This document shows, piece by piece, positions 49,748 to 59,405 of a stretch of DNA of 64,000 nucleotides. The notes beneath the pieces are model-generated. The model searched no databases and was not told the DNA's origin. It saw only the letters and a list, made by a program, of their open reading frames with translations. Origin of the DNA: a virus; IMG/VR virus record IMGVR_UViG_3300001472_000003, positions 64,001 to 128,000 of that record. One strand, given 5' to 3'. The position numbers and the translations under genes are program-made. Positions within the stretch are counted from its first letter, which is position 1, and each line of letters opens with the position of its first letter.

Positions 49748-51391
49748 TTAAGCAGAAACGTTTGTACGCTTAATCTTAATAGTACCACTATTATTGGCTG
49801 GTGTAGCTAATAATGATAAGGTGCCTGCTGATAATGATGCATCTAATGCCATTAATGAAGCATTAGTTATTAATGTACCATATTCAGTTAAGTAAACATC
49901 TGTACCATCTTGTGTTACGTTAACCATTGTAAAATGCTTATCTGTTCCTGATGTACATTCAACAATATACTGAGCTGCACTATATGTTGCAATTGCAAAT
50001 GAATCAACAGTTATTTGATTTGTTGATGAAACAGTTGTTGTTGCTGTTGTAGGCAATTTGTCTAATGTTACATCAAATGTTGAAGCATCATCTCTAGTAA
50101 ATGTAAGAGTATTGTTACTTGATGTCCATCCTGCTCCTTGTGTTGATGTATTTGCTCTTAGAGCTACATCAAACGTAGAAGCATCTGCTCTTGTAATAGT
50201 TAAAGTACTATTGGCTGAGGCAAAGGCTGCACTTGATGAAGATGTGTTAGCAGGTGTTGGAACAACAGCTACAAAAGCACCATCATAGTAGATGTAAAGA
50301 TCAGCGTCATCACTGTCATACCATAAATCACCTTCTAGTGGTGATGATGGAGCAGTATTAGAAACTGTAGTTGCAGATGTTATAATTGACATATCAAATG
50401 TAGAACCATCTGCTCTTGTCATTGTTAATGTACTATTAGCAACTGTATATGCACCAGATGATGTAGATGTATTAGCAATAAGGGTTGTGTTTGCAACGCC
50501 TGTCATGACAACATCAAATGTACTTGCATCATCTCTTGTTATTGTTAAAGTGTTATTAGCAACAGTATATGCACCAGAAGCAGCTGATGTATTAGCAATA
50601 TTTGTTAAATCAGTACCTGTTGCAATATTAATATAGGTAGTACCATCTTCGGTTACTTGCCATTTGTCTGTTGATTCATTCCATCTTAATGCTACGTTTG
50701 CGCTTGATCCACGCTCGATTTCAATACCAGCATTTAATGAAGGAGTTCCAGTTTGACCTGAAGCTAAAGTAATGATAGCATCATTTACAACTAAATTGTT
50801 TGTATCAATATTTGTTGTTGTTCCCTGAACAGTTAAGTTACCGGAAATTGTAAGATCATCAATTGTTAGATCAGACATTGCTACATCAAATGTACTTGCA
50901 TCATCTCTTGTAAATACAAATGTACCGTTAGATCCTGTAAATGCAGCACTTGATACAGATGTGTTTGCTCTTAAAGCTACATCTGTATCTGTTCCATCAT
51001 CTCTTGTAAATGTAAGAGTTGAGTTAGCAGCAGTAAAAGCAGCACTTGCTAAAGATGTATTAGCTCTTAAAGCTACATCTAAAGTTGTACTATCAGCTCT
51101 TGTTAATGTTAATGTACTATTAGCAGCAGCAAAAGCAGCGGATTGTGTTTGTGATCCAATGTCTACAGCTGTTGTAGTTGAATCTGCTCTAGTAAATACA
51201 ATCGTATTGTTACCGGCTGTAAAAGCAGCAGATGCTAATGATGTGTTAGAAGCAGATGCAACTAATTGATCATCAACGTATTTTTTAGTGGCTGCATCAG
51301 TATTTGCAGTCGGTGTAGCAAGATTGATAATCTTGTTAGCATTTGAGTTAACGCCATACTGGGCGAGAAATTCTTTATTAATGGTCGCCAT
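49748..51391 (-). CDS. Virion fibre protein with eight ~32-aa repeats
   Basis: DAATKKYVD, GNLTVQGTTT, GDLWYD modules; ANTS..TLTFTRxD repeats. Confidence 0.75.
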   Translation of the reverse strand: MATINKEFLAQYGVNSNANKIINLATPTANTDAATKKYVDDQLVASASNTSLASAAFTAGNNTIVFTRADSTTTAVDIGSQTQSAAFAAANSTLTLTRADSTTLDVALRANTSLASAAFTAANSTLTFTRDDGTDTDVALRANTSVSSAAFTGSNGTFVFTRDDASTFDVAMSDLTIDDLTISGNLTVQGTTTNIDTNNLVVNDAIITLASGQTGTPSLNAGIEIERGSSANVALRWNESTDKWQVTEDGTTYINIATGTDLTNIANTSAASGAYTVANNTLTITRDDASTFDVVMTGVANTTLIANTSTSSGAYTVANSTLTMTRADGSTFDMSIITSATTVSNTAPSSPLEGDLWYDSDDADLYIYYDGAFVAVVPTPANTSSSSAAFASANSTLTITRADASTFDVALRANTSTQGAGWTSSNNTLTFTRDDASTFDVTLDKLPTTATTTVSSTNQITVDSFAIATYSAAQYIVECTSGTDKHFTMVNVTQDGTDVYLTEYGTLITNASLMALDASLSAGTLSLLATPANNSGTIKIKRTNVSA

Positions 51392-51563
51392 TATTTTTCT
51401 CCAGAACTAGTTATTAGAAAATCTTCCGTTTTTACAATATAATATAAGCATTGTGCACATACATTTATTTATAATAATTTATGTATCAAATGGATATATT
51501 AGTATCAAATTTTTAAAAATATTTTTATGTATAATCAATTGTTATACACGGATATTTATAATT

Positions 51564-52535
51564 CTACATTGTTACAGCTGTGCGATATATTTTTATATCC
51601 ATCGATGTAGATATGGTTGGTGTTACTATTAAATTTATGTGTGAACCAGACATATTAGCTGAAAAAATACCTAAATCTGAGTTGGTAGATATTTTGCCAA
51701 ATTCAGATATATATACATCATTAGTATCATATACAATGTTTATTTGAGTAAATTGTTTACTAGATGGGGAATTTATTTCTACTAAATATTGAGAAGAAGA
51801 ATATAAACTTTTAGAATAAGAATCTATAACTGTTGATGACAATGACGATGTTGTTGCAGAATTACTAGTTTTTATTACATTATTTCCAATATTAACTATA
51901 TTTAATTCTACTGTGTTTGCAACAATATTATTAGCTTCAATAGTTGTGTGAGCTATATTATTTGCTTCTAGTACATCTTCTAATCCAGTAAATATTTTAA
52001 TATAATTTGATCCATTGTTGGTGAATTTCCATGAATCATCTGTCTCATCAAAATATAATGATGTATTAGGCAGAGCACCTCTATTAATGTTAATACCTGA
52101 ATCAAATGGCGAATTTGTGTTTGCATCTACTCTAGTATTTAAATTAATAAAATTAGTACCAATATTAAGTTCAGTACTGTTAATATATGTTATATTGCCT
52201 GTTACAGTTAAATCACCCTCAATAATGAGATTGTTTGCTACTGTATCATCAGCTAGTTGACCAAGGTCAGCAAATGACAAAACTCCATTACCATTTGTAA
52301 TAATAGTTTGTCCATTAGCACCGTCTAATGTTGGTAATAGATATTGACTGTTAACAGATATAGAATTGGCTGATAATAAAGAAACATTTGCGCCGATTTC
52401 AAATACATTTGAGCCATTAGAACTAAACATGACTCCATCTGGCATATTTAATGCTAATTCACCAGTACCCAGATTAGTAGTATTTGGCGTACGCCCACTA
52501 ACGGACGTCCGTTTGATATAAATCTTTGACGACAT
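51564..52535 (-). CDS. Fibre protein with Mtd_N-like N-terminus
   Basis: IYIKR...GELALN; C-terminal domain similar to that of 49748..51391. Confidence 0.7.
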   Translation of the reverse strand: MSSKIYIKRTSVSGRTPNTTNLGTGELALNMPDGVMFSSNGSNVFEIGANVSLLSANSISVNSQYLLPTLDGANGQTIITNGNGVLSFADLGQLADDTVANNLIIEGDLTVTGNITYINSTELNIGTNFINLNTRVDANTNSPFDSGININRGALPNTSLYFDETDDSWKFTNNGSNYIKIFTGLEDVLEANNIAHTTIEANNIVANTVELNIVNIGNNVIKTSNSATTSSLSSTVIDSYSKSLYSSSQYLVEINSPSSKQFTQINIVYDTNDVYISEFGKISTNSDLGIFSANMSGSHINLIVTPTISTSMDIKIYRTAVTM

Positions 52536-52552
52536 ATGCGTTCCTTATTCAA

Positions 52553-52594
52553 CCTCTATATAGAGGGATAACAATAAAACCTCTATATAGAGGT
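52553..52594. repeat. Two copies of palindrome CCTCTATATAGAGG, 27-bp period
   Basis: 52553-52566 and 52580-52593 (second extends to a 16-bp perfect palindrome). Confidence 0.9.
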
Positions 52595-52631
52595 GATACT
52601 AAATACTTATATATTTAGGATATTTAAAAGT

Positions 52632-52919
52632 TTATTTTTTTGAACGTGATTTAGATAGTGAATTGTTTTTTGCTTTAGGATTTAATGCAACCTTTTTAGC
52701 TTCATATGTTTCAATTTGTTTTTCTAATGATGCAATTTTTTGTTTTTGAAGTGTATTTTGTTCCATCAAAGTAGCATTACTTTTAGAGCTCTCAGCAGTA
52801 CTATTTTGTAAAACAGTAACTTGAGCTTTATATTTTATTAACTCTAATGATAAAGTTTGTACTTCGTTCGTAAGATATTGGAGATATGTTTGATTTAATT
52901 GTTCGTCTAAAGATGACAT
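52632..52919 (-). CDS. Hypothetical coiled-coil protein
   Basis: 95-aa heptad-rich ORF, GAGG RBS. Confidence 0.65.
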   Translation of the reverse strand: MSSLDEQLNQTYLQYLTNEVQTLSLELIKYKAQVTVLQNSTAESSKSNATLMEQNTLQKQKIASLEKQIETYEAKKVALNPKAKNNSLSKSRSKK

Positions 52920-52956
52920 GATATAATAACCTCATAATTATTAATAATAAATTGTA

Positions 52957-52986
52957 AAAAAAAGAAGGAGAAACCCCTTCTTTTTT
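52957..52986. terminator. Probable bidirectional terminator
   Basis: A-run-GAAGG-loop-CCTTC-T-run. Confidence 0.7.
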
Positions 52987-52997
52987 GTTTTGTTTTT

Positions 52998-54425
52998 TTA
53001 GAATGCGCCGCCGTCGATGATAGCATCGAATTGTGCTAAATTAGACGCAGTATATGTTACTTCTCCTGCAGGAGCTGCACCTAAATTTGTTGTAGCGGCA
53101 TATACGTTTTCTGATGCATCCCAGAATATACCTCTGAATTTATCAACTCCGCCGACATCATATGTGCCATAAAAACCGACATCAACTGCATCAGTATCAT
53201 TTCCGGTTTGGTCATATGCTAAAGCTAACATATTATCTGTAACAGAAACTGTTGTTGATTGTACTGTTGTAGTTGTTCCTTGGACAGTTAAGTTACCTGC
53301 AATAACTGCACTACCGCCAATTTCTAAATCACCACCTGCATGAATAGCTCCACCTACTCCTACTCCACCTGATACTTGGATAGCTCCGGTAGAAGTATTT
53401 GAAGATGCTGTTGAATCATTAACATCAACTACACCGCCAACTGTTAATGCATTTGTGATAGATGCTGCATCGGACATAGTTACGTTGCCAGTTAAAGTTG
53501 ATGTGCCTTCTACAGTAAGACCTTGACCAACAGTAACATTTTTTCTACTTGCAATACCACCAGCTGTTATAATTGAACCAGTAGTGTTTGATGTTGATTG
53601 AGTATCATCGGTAATTTCTAACGCACCAGAGATACCTAATCCACCTGTTGTAGATAACGTTCCTGTTATATTAGTATTACCAAATTCTGCTGTTGTTGCA
53701 TTTACTTCGCCAGTAATTGTTGTATTGCCAGCTGCTAATGTGTTATTAATAACTATTGCTTGAGATGTTGTTGCACCTCTTGTAGTAACAGTTTCTAATG
53801 TTGATTGGTTTACTGCTGTAATCTGTGTGCTGTTACCAGACATACCAATATCAGTTCCACCTACAAAGTTAACTGTTTCTGTGGAACTATCACCACCACC
53901 TGCGGGTGTAAGTGATACTTGACCAATAGATGAGTTACCTGTTGTTGATAATTCGTATGTGCTTGTATCAACGGTTATTTGTGTACTATTACCACTAACA
54001 ACTGCTGCTCCAGTTCCAACGATTTTAGAAATGTCAGTTCCTACACCAGCATCTCCACCACCTGTTCCAGTTAATGTAATATTACCTTGAATTGTATTAC
54101 CACCCGTTCCAACTGCATATGTTGTCCCGGTTACAGTTACTTCTGAGGAGTTGCCTGAAACAAGAGAAGCACCACTACCAGCTATTGTAATACTATCATT
54201 TGATAGTGTTAAATTATCTACAGTTAAAGTTACTGTAGCAGCTGATGAGTTACCGCTTTGTTCTAGATTGTATTGATCTCCACTTACTGAAAAAACTGAT
54301 GTTCCGTTAGACGAGAAAAGTTTCTTGTCTACGACGTTGATGGCTAATTCACCTTCAGCTAATGCGCTGTTAGCTGGCACACCACCTGGGGTGGTACTCC
54401 TTTTTAATTTAATAATTGACGCCAT
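52998..54425 (-). CDS. Fibre protein with Mtd_N-like N-terminus
   Basis: IIKLKRS...LAEGELAIN; GNLTVQGTTT; C-terminal IDGGAF. Confidence 0.75.
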   Translation of the reverse strand: MASIIKLKRSTTPGGVPANSALAEGELAINVVDKKLFSSNGTSVFSVSGDQYNLEQSGNSSAATVTLTVDNLTLSNDSITIAGSGASLVSGNSSEVTVTGTTYAVGTGGNTIQGNITLTGTGGGDAGVGTDISKIVGTGAAVVSGNSTQITVDTSTYELSTTGNSSIGQVSLTPAGGGDSSTETVNFVGGTDIGMSGNSTQITAVNQSTLETVTTRGATTSQAIVINNTLAAGNTTITGEVNATTAEFGNTNITGTLSTTGGLGISGALEITDDTQSTSNTTGSIITAGGIASRKNVTVGQGLTVEGTSTLTGNVTMSDAASITNALTVGGVVDVNDSTASSNTSTGAIQVSGGVGVGGAIHAGGDLEIGGSAVIAGNLTVQGTTTTVQSTTVSVTDNMLALAYDQTGNDTDAVDVGFYGTYDVGGVDKFRGIFWDASENVYAATTNLGAAPAGEVTYTASNLAQFDAIIDGGAF

Positions 54426-54429
54426 TTAT

Positions 54430-55086
54430 TTACTCCTTAGATATTTTAGACAGGCCTTGTCTTTTAACCTCTACCACTTTCGGTTTAAAATGATATAATT
54501 CTTCAGTTTTAATTGGTTTTGGTTTCTTCTGTTTATTTATATTTTCTTCTTGTTTAGGTTTTTCTCTTAATTGTGCTATTCGTTTTTTAACTAATGGTCT
54601 AAACATATATTTATCATAATTATCTACAGGGGTTTCTTTTAAAAGTTTTTCTTTTAAAAGTTCATCTGCTTTTTGTTTAGCTACCATAACCTCTTTTTTT
54701 GTGTCTTCTACCTGCTTCTCTGCTATTGTCTTCATTTGGCTTTTAAATTCACTAGCTGTTGTTGATATGTTAATTTTAGTTTCTTGTAATTCTAATAATC
54801 CTTGTAGTCGTTGCATCTCAGTGTTAAGCAACATATTTTTTTTAACAAGATCACTTATTATTTCTTGTTGATTAATTATATACCGTCGCCAGAAATCATC
54901 ATCAAAATTATCTGCATCATCACCCGGAAAAGAATTCTCATGATTTGCTTGTTGTGAACTTATATAATTATTACTATACTCTATTTTAGGTGTAGTGTCA
55001 ACAAGATTCTCTTCAGGAATTGTTTTTTCTTTAGTAACTATTTCTTTTTTTATAACCGGTCTTTTAATTCTCTTTTTTGAAGCCAT
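54430..55086 (-). CDS. Hypothetical coiled-coil protein
   Basis: 218-aa K/E-rich ORF, AAGG RBS. Confidence 0.6.
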   Translation of the reverse strand: MASKKRIKRPVIKKEIVTKEKTIPEENLVDTTPKIEYSNNYISSQQANHENSFPGDDADNFDDDFWRRYIINQQEIISDLVKKNMLLNTEMQRLQGLLELQETKINISTTASEFKSQMKTIAEKQVEDTKKEVMVAKQKADELLKEKLLKETPVDNYDKYMFRPLVKKRIAQLREKPKQEENINKQKKPKPIKTEELYHFKPKVVEVKRQGLSKISKE

Positions 55087-55132
55087 AATAATATCACCTT
55101 ATTTTTTTATAATTATATTATACCATATTTAT

Positions 55133-55945
55133 CTAATAATTGCCACCATCAATATCATCTGCAATTGGTGCACCATTAACATCGTATTGTAATATCTGTC
55201 CTTGGCTTCCTGTTGTAAATGCCACTGTTGTTGTATTAGCTCCTGACATTACACCTCTTTCAACCAATTCTCTAATCCCCGTACCACCATCTTTTACTTC
55301 TAAAGGATTCGAAAGACTATTAATTGTAACATTATTTAATGTGCCATCTGTAATATTTGTATTAGATATATTACTATCGGTTAATGAAGCATTGCTTATT
55401 ACAGCATCTGATAATCCTACACCTGATAGCCCCAATTGTCCTGTATACACAGCACCAGATAAAAATATGCCCTTTCCCGATGTTACAGATGTAGGCAAAT
55501 TAGAACCTATAAAATTTAAAACACCTGACTGATAGTCAAAATACCATTCATCATTGTTGCCAGAACCAGTCTCAAATAACTGTGTTCCTGATGATGCTGG
55601 ATTTGCTGCTGCTGATGACGCAGAATATACTTTTAATTGATATGTGGAACCAAAAACTGGAGGTATCCAATTTACTATGCTTGTAGTCCATGTTCTTCTG
55701 GTTGTAGAGGTTAAATCTTCTGTTGTTTGTATTGTTGTATATACTTTGACAATACTTGTATTAGATGTAGGAATAACATTAGGAATTGATGCGGCATCAC
55801 TCCAAATAGCTAATGGATCAATAATAGGTTTAGATACAAATACTTCGTTAGGTGCTTTTTTAAGATCATTAGTATCAGTTTTTACTCTACCAAAACCTAT
55901 TTTTTTCCAAAGTAAATCAACTTTTTGTGAATCTGATATGGTCAT
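55133..55945 (-). CDS. Virion structural protein
   Basis: KVDLLWKK...KTD, WYFDYQSGVL, C-terminal IDGGNY. Confidence 0.7.
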   Translation of the reverse strand: MTISDSQKVDLLWKKIGFGRVKTDTNDLKKAPNEVFVSKPIIDPLAIWSDAASIPNVIPTSNTSIVKVYTTIQTTEDLTSTTRRTWTTSIVNWIPPVFGSTYQLKVYSASSAAANPASSGTQLFETGSGNNDEWYFDYQSGVLNFIGSNLPTSVTSGKGIFLSGAVYTGQLGLSGVGLSDAVISNASLTDSNISNTNITDGTLNNVTINSLSNPLEVKDGGTGIRELVERGVMSGANTTTVAFTTGSQGQILQYDVNGAPIADDIDGGNY

Positions 55946-58668
55946 TATGATATACTCAAAGCTGATATAGATTGGCCTGATGATAGACCAATAGAAATTA
56001 ATATTTGATTTCCAAACGCATTGGTACCATTTTGGCTTCCAAGTGTTAATAGAAAACTACTATTGTTATATGTAGTATTTGAAAGAATTCTATCACCTGA
56101 TGTAAATGCGCATCCATCAGATCCATTGCCTCCACTTCCTGTATTGCCGCCTGGTATACCACTACCAGCATATGTATCTCCTGCATTTAACCATCCATTT
56201 AAGGTTGATGCAGAATCTATGCCTGTTCCAGGAGCAGCTATATGAAATGAGGAAACAATTCCACTTAATGTAACGTTAAAGTTAGCTACCTGAGTCCTTC
56301 TAAATGCTATTATTATTTTTTGTGTGCCTGATCGACCTGAACTAAGATTGGGGCCAGCAGGTAAAAATCCAGTGCTTAAATCCGAGGCAAAGTGTTGTAG
56401 AGATCCATATCTAATTACAGCTTCATCAGTGCCAATAATGGTTTGTGCACCAGTCCATGTTGAACTTGTATAGTAATTTGTTGAACTTGAGAATGTGGGA
56501 TTAACACCAGTAAATCCGGTTATTCTTACCGCATCATCGTTATAAGTTGCTCCTAATGAATCACTAACAGGTATAGCTAATTCATTTATGCCAGAAGATG
56601 ATCCATTCATTACAGATATTTTTGTATTACTAAAATTTACTGTGGTGCCTGTTCCATTTACATTCTTAACATTCATATTAAAACCTTGAGTTCTTTTTCC
56701 TCCTCCATTGATATTTAACTGAAATGTTTCTAATGTTATAGGAGATGAAATTCCAGTATTAGCTATTGGATAATTTGAATTTAATTGTGATGGTGGTAAA
56801 ATAGTATATGTTTTACTTTGGGAATTTATTATTGATCCAGATTCCCCTTCAAATGTTTGTCCGCTACCAAAAGTAAAAGGTGTTGTTGTATTCCTATATG
56901 TCTGTCCTGTTAGATTTGTTATTTTTGTGCCTATAACATTAATTTTAGCATTGTTTGTATAATATGGAATGCCTGAAATATATGCTAATGTTCCGGCTGT
57001 ATTTTCTGTGATGGTTGTTGTTGAAAAATCTATACTTGGAGTTGATGTTAAGTTATCTTTTATAAAATCTAACTGACTTGTATTACCTGTTGTACTATGA
57101 GATAATTTATATGTATGAGCTCCAATAGATAAATTATTTTTACTTATTCTCGATTTAAATCCTGAATACAATCCTGAAGCATATATTTTTTGAATATTAG
57201 AAACACTAGTTCCTGTATTACTAAATTGATTGAAATCATTTTCATCAATTATAATTAACGAGTTGTATGTGCCTGAATTATCATTTGAGTCAAATACAAC
57301 ACTTCCATCGACAGAATTATCTATTAAAGATGATAGTGTGCCATTATTAGCATCGTGAGTAAATTGGGTAGTAACAGAACCAGATGTTTGAATGTTTCCT
57401 GTGGTGGTGTATCTTATAGGTGTATCACCAATATTTAATGTTGTTCCGCTTGAGTTGTCTATAAATCCTGATGCTACTCTTGGCGAAGAACCAACAGAAC
57501 TTGAAGATAAAGTAAATGTTTTATTGGCTAAACCTTGAGGAGCAGCAATACTTGTATCAAATATTTTTATAACACTTGTTATACTATCAGGTAAAGAAGC
57601 AGGATTAGCTGTTGAATGAGTATTGATTGATAATGTTATAGTGTTAGTACTAAAACCAGTATCTGATGTATAGATATGATCTATTCTAGATCCTTCTGTC
57701 CCGCCTTCTACTGATGTATTGGATATTGAGTCTGATGTTCCATCTCCCCAATTAATATGGAATGTAGCAATGACTCCATTAGCATTAGTAGTATTATTAT
57801 CAAGAAATATTTGATCTCCTGTATTAGCTTCAATAATATTACTTCCATTAGTTAATGCATCGTGTATAGTAAATGCTGCAGCAGGATCTGGTGTAAAAAC
57901 AACTATAGCATTATTTACTATTATCTGTGCATTATTACCTTCTCCAAGACCATTATCATTTCTTGCAATTACTGTTATATTATATGATCCACCAGATGTG
58001 TTTGTATATGTATGGTTTGGTGTTGAATCACTTGTATTATTGGAAAAAGATCCATCACCCCAATTTATATCAAATCTGTTTGGATTGCCTGTTGTAGATA
58101 TTGTTAATTGTGTATCTAATGGTGCACCTCCTGAAGTGTTGCTTATTGCAAATGATACATCTCTTACATACGTATTATTATATACATTTAAAACAACCTC
58201 ATTTAATTTATCAACTGCATCTGATACTTTTGTGTTCGCAGTTATTGATGTAACTGCACCTTCTGCAGTAACTCCTGCACCATTAGAATATATACCGTCT
58301 TCAACTGGAATTCCCATAGGTATTGAGTTTGCTATTCCAGATATTCCAGTGACTGCACTATCAACATATTGTTTAGTAGCAGCATGTGTATCTTCAGTAG
58401 GGTCAGATGTTAAAATTAATGTAGGAAATGTTGCAGTATTTGATACTGTTAAATCAGTTGCTTGAACATTAGCAATTGTTTCTCCAAAATTTAATTTGGC
58501 AGTATCATTTCCTCGTGCAACTAAAACAGGAACATTACCTGATACTGATCCTATAAATAAATCATTAGATGTGAATGAATATGCAAGCTCTCCACTTGAC
58601 AATATACCATTTGCTGGTGTATCATTTGTGTTACTCGTTCTAATTTGAATAACATTATATTCAGACAT
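55945..58668 (-). CDS. Large virion protein with PKD-like domains
   Basis: Mtd_N-like start (GELAY), HAATKQYVD, two INWGDG...H.Y PKD motifs. Confidence 0.7.
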   Translation of the reverse strand: MSEYNVIQIRTSNTNDTPANGILSSGELAYSFTSNDLFIGSVSGNVPVLVARGNDTAKLNFGETIANVQATDLTVSNTATFPTLILTSDPTEDTHAATKQYVDSAVTGISGIANSIPMGIPVEDGIYSNGAGVTAEGAVTSITANTKVSDAVDKLNEVVLNVYNNTYVRDVSFAISNTSGGAPLDTQLTISTTGNPNRFDINWGDGSFSNNTSDSTPNHTYTNTSGGSYNITVIARNDNGLGEGNNAQIIVNNAIVVFTPDPAAAFTIHDALTNGSNIIEANTGDQIFLDNNTTNANGVIATFHINWGDGTSDSISNTSVEGGTEGSRIDHIYTSDTGFSTNTITLSINTHSTANPASLPDSITSVIKIFDTSIAAPQGLANKTFTLSSSSVGSSPRVASGFIDNSSGTTLNIGDTPIRYTTTGNIQTSGSVTTQFTHDANNGTLSSLIDNSVDGSVVFDSNDNSGTYNSLIIIDENDFNQFSNTGTSVSNIQKIYASGLYSGFKSRISKNNLSIGAHTYKLSHSTTGNTSQLDFIKDNLTSTPSIDFSTTTITENTAGTLAYISGIPYYTNNAKINVIGTKITNLTGQTYRNTTTPFTFGSGQTFEGESGSIINSQSKTYTILPPSQLNSNYPIANTGISSPITLETFQLNINGGGKRTQGFNMNVKNVNGTGTTVNFSNTKISVMNGSSSGINELAIPVSDSLGATYNDDAVRITGFTGVNPTFSSSTNYYTSSTWTGAQTIIGTDEAVIRYGSLQHFASDLSTGFLPAGPNLSSGRSGTQKIIIAFRRTQVANFNVTLSGIVSSFHIAAPGTGIDSASTLNGWLNAGDTYAGSGIPGGNTGSGGNGSDGCAFTSGDRILSNTTYNNSSFLLTLGSQNGTNAFGNQILISIGLSSGQSISALSIS

Positions 58669-58928
58669 TAGAAAAATCCGCCATGCACGCCAACTTTTTG
58701 AACGATGAAAGTATTAGAATCAACATCATAAACTAAACTGACAGCTGCTTCATTAGATATTGTGGCATCACTTTGGAAAACCACTTGTTGTTTTATACCA
58801 GCACTTCCAAACATTATTCTTGATACTTGTTCTGGTGTGGCTGTTTGAACTTTTGCAATCGCAGTTTTACCACTTCTGAATACGGTAGTGGTATTAGCAT
58901 TTATTCCTGTGCTTGTATCTATAGCCAT
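58668..58928 (-). CDS. Small virion-associated hypothetical protein
   Basis: Ends VHGGFF like neighbouring fibre genes; TAATG coupling. Confidence 0.6.
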   Translation of the reverse strand: MAIDTSTGINANTTTVFRSGKTAIAKVQTATPEQVSRIMFGSAGIKQQVVFQSDATISNEAAVSLVYDVDSNTFIVQKVGVHGGFF

Positions 58929-58929
58929 T

Positions 58930-59274
58930 TTAGCTTCCTCTTGTTACACCGGGTGTGACAGTTACTAAACCTTCTAATACACGTGTTGCATTATTACTAT
59001 TTAACGTATTATAAACCTCAACATCATATACATATCTTCCAGCAGGAACGATATTAGTTTCTGCTGATGTCATACTTAATTCCATGATACCGCCGGTTGG
59101 ATTTGTAATATTCGTTGATATTATATGAAATATGCTAGATGAATGTGTTTTTCTAAAATGACATGCTGATGTATGATCTGTTAAATTAAAAATATCTCCG
59201 CTCATGTCTGTAATATTTACTACGATATTAAATTTACTTCCTTGATCTATAATAAGATTAGCTTTTGCTGCCAT
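58930..59274 (-). CDS. Virion structural protein (baseplate/fibre-associated Ig-like)
   Basis: ANLIIDQG, GRYVYDVE, RVLEG..TVTPGVT; late promoter upstream. Confidence 0.75.
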   Translation of the reverse strand: MAAKANLIIDQGSKFNIVVNITDMSGDIFNLTDHTSACHFRKTHSSSIFHIISTNITNPTGGIMELSMTSAETNIVPAGRYVYDVEVYNTLNSNNATRVLEGLVTVTPGVTRGS

Positions 59275-59305
59275 CGTACAATCCTCTTTATATTATTAAT
59301 TATAT

Positions 59306-59314
59306 ATATTTATA
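59306..59314 (-). promoter_or_regulatory. T4-type late promoter TATAAATA
   Basis: Match upstream of 58930..59274. Confidence 0.7.
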
Positions 59315-59338
59315 CTAGTTAAAATCCTTAAAAAACCG

Positions 59339-59367
59339 TTGACTCTTTCATATTTTTATGTTATAAT
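59339..59367 (+). promoter_or_regulatory. sigma70-type promoter
   Basis: TTGACT-N17-TATAAT with extended TG and upstream A-tract. Confidence 0.8.
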
Positions 59368-59405
59368 AATTATTGTATGATTAGCTAAGATAGAGGGCCC
59401 TACTA

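Noticed and set aside
51392-51563. AT-rich intergenic region as origin or ncRNA
   Set aside because: Only late-promoter matches and a weak AT-rich inverted repeat; insufficient support
41185-58668. Diversity-generating retroelement suggested by Mtd_N-like domains and paralogous adhesins
   Set aside because: No reverse transcriptase in the window and no TR/VR pair with adenine-specific mismatches; shared segments differ mostly at synonymous sites
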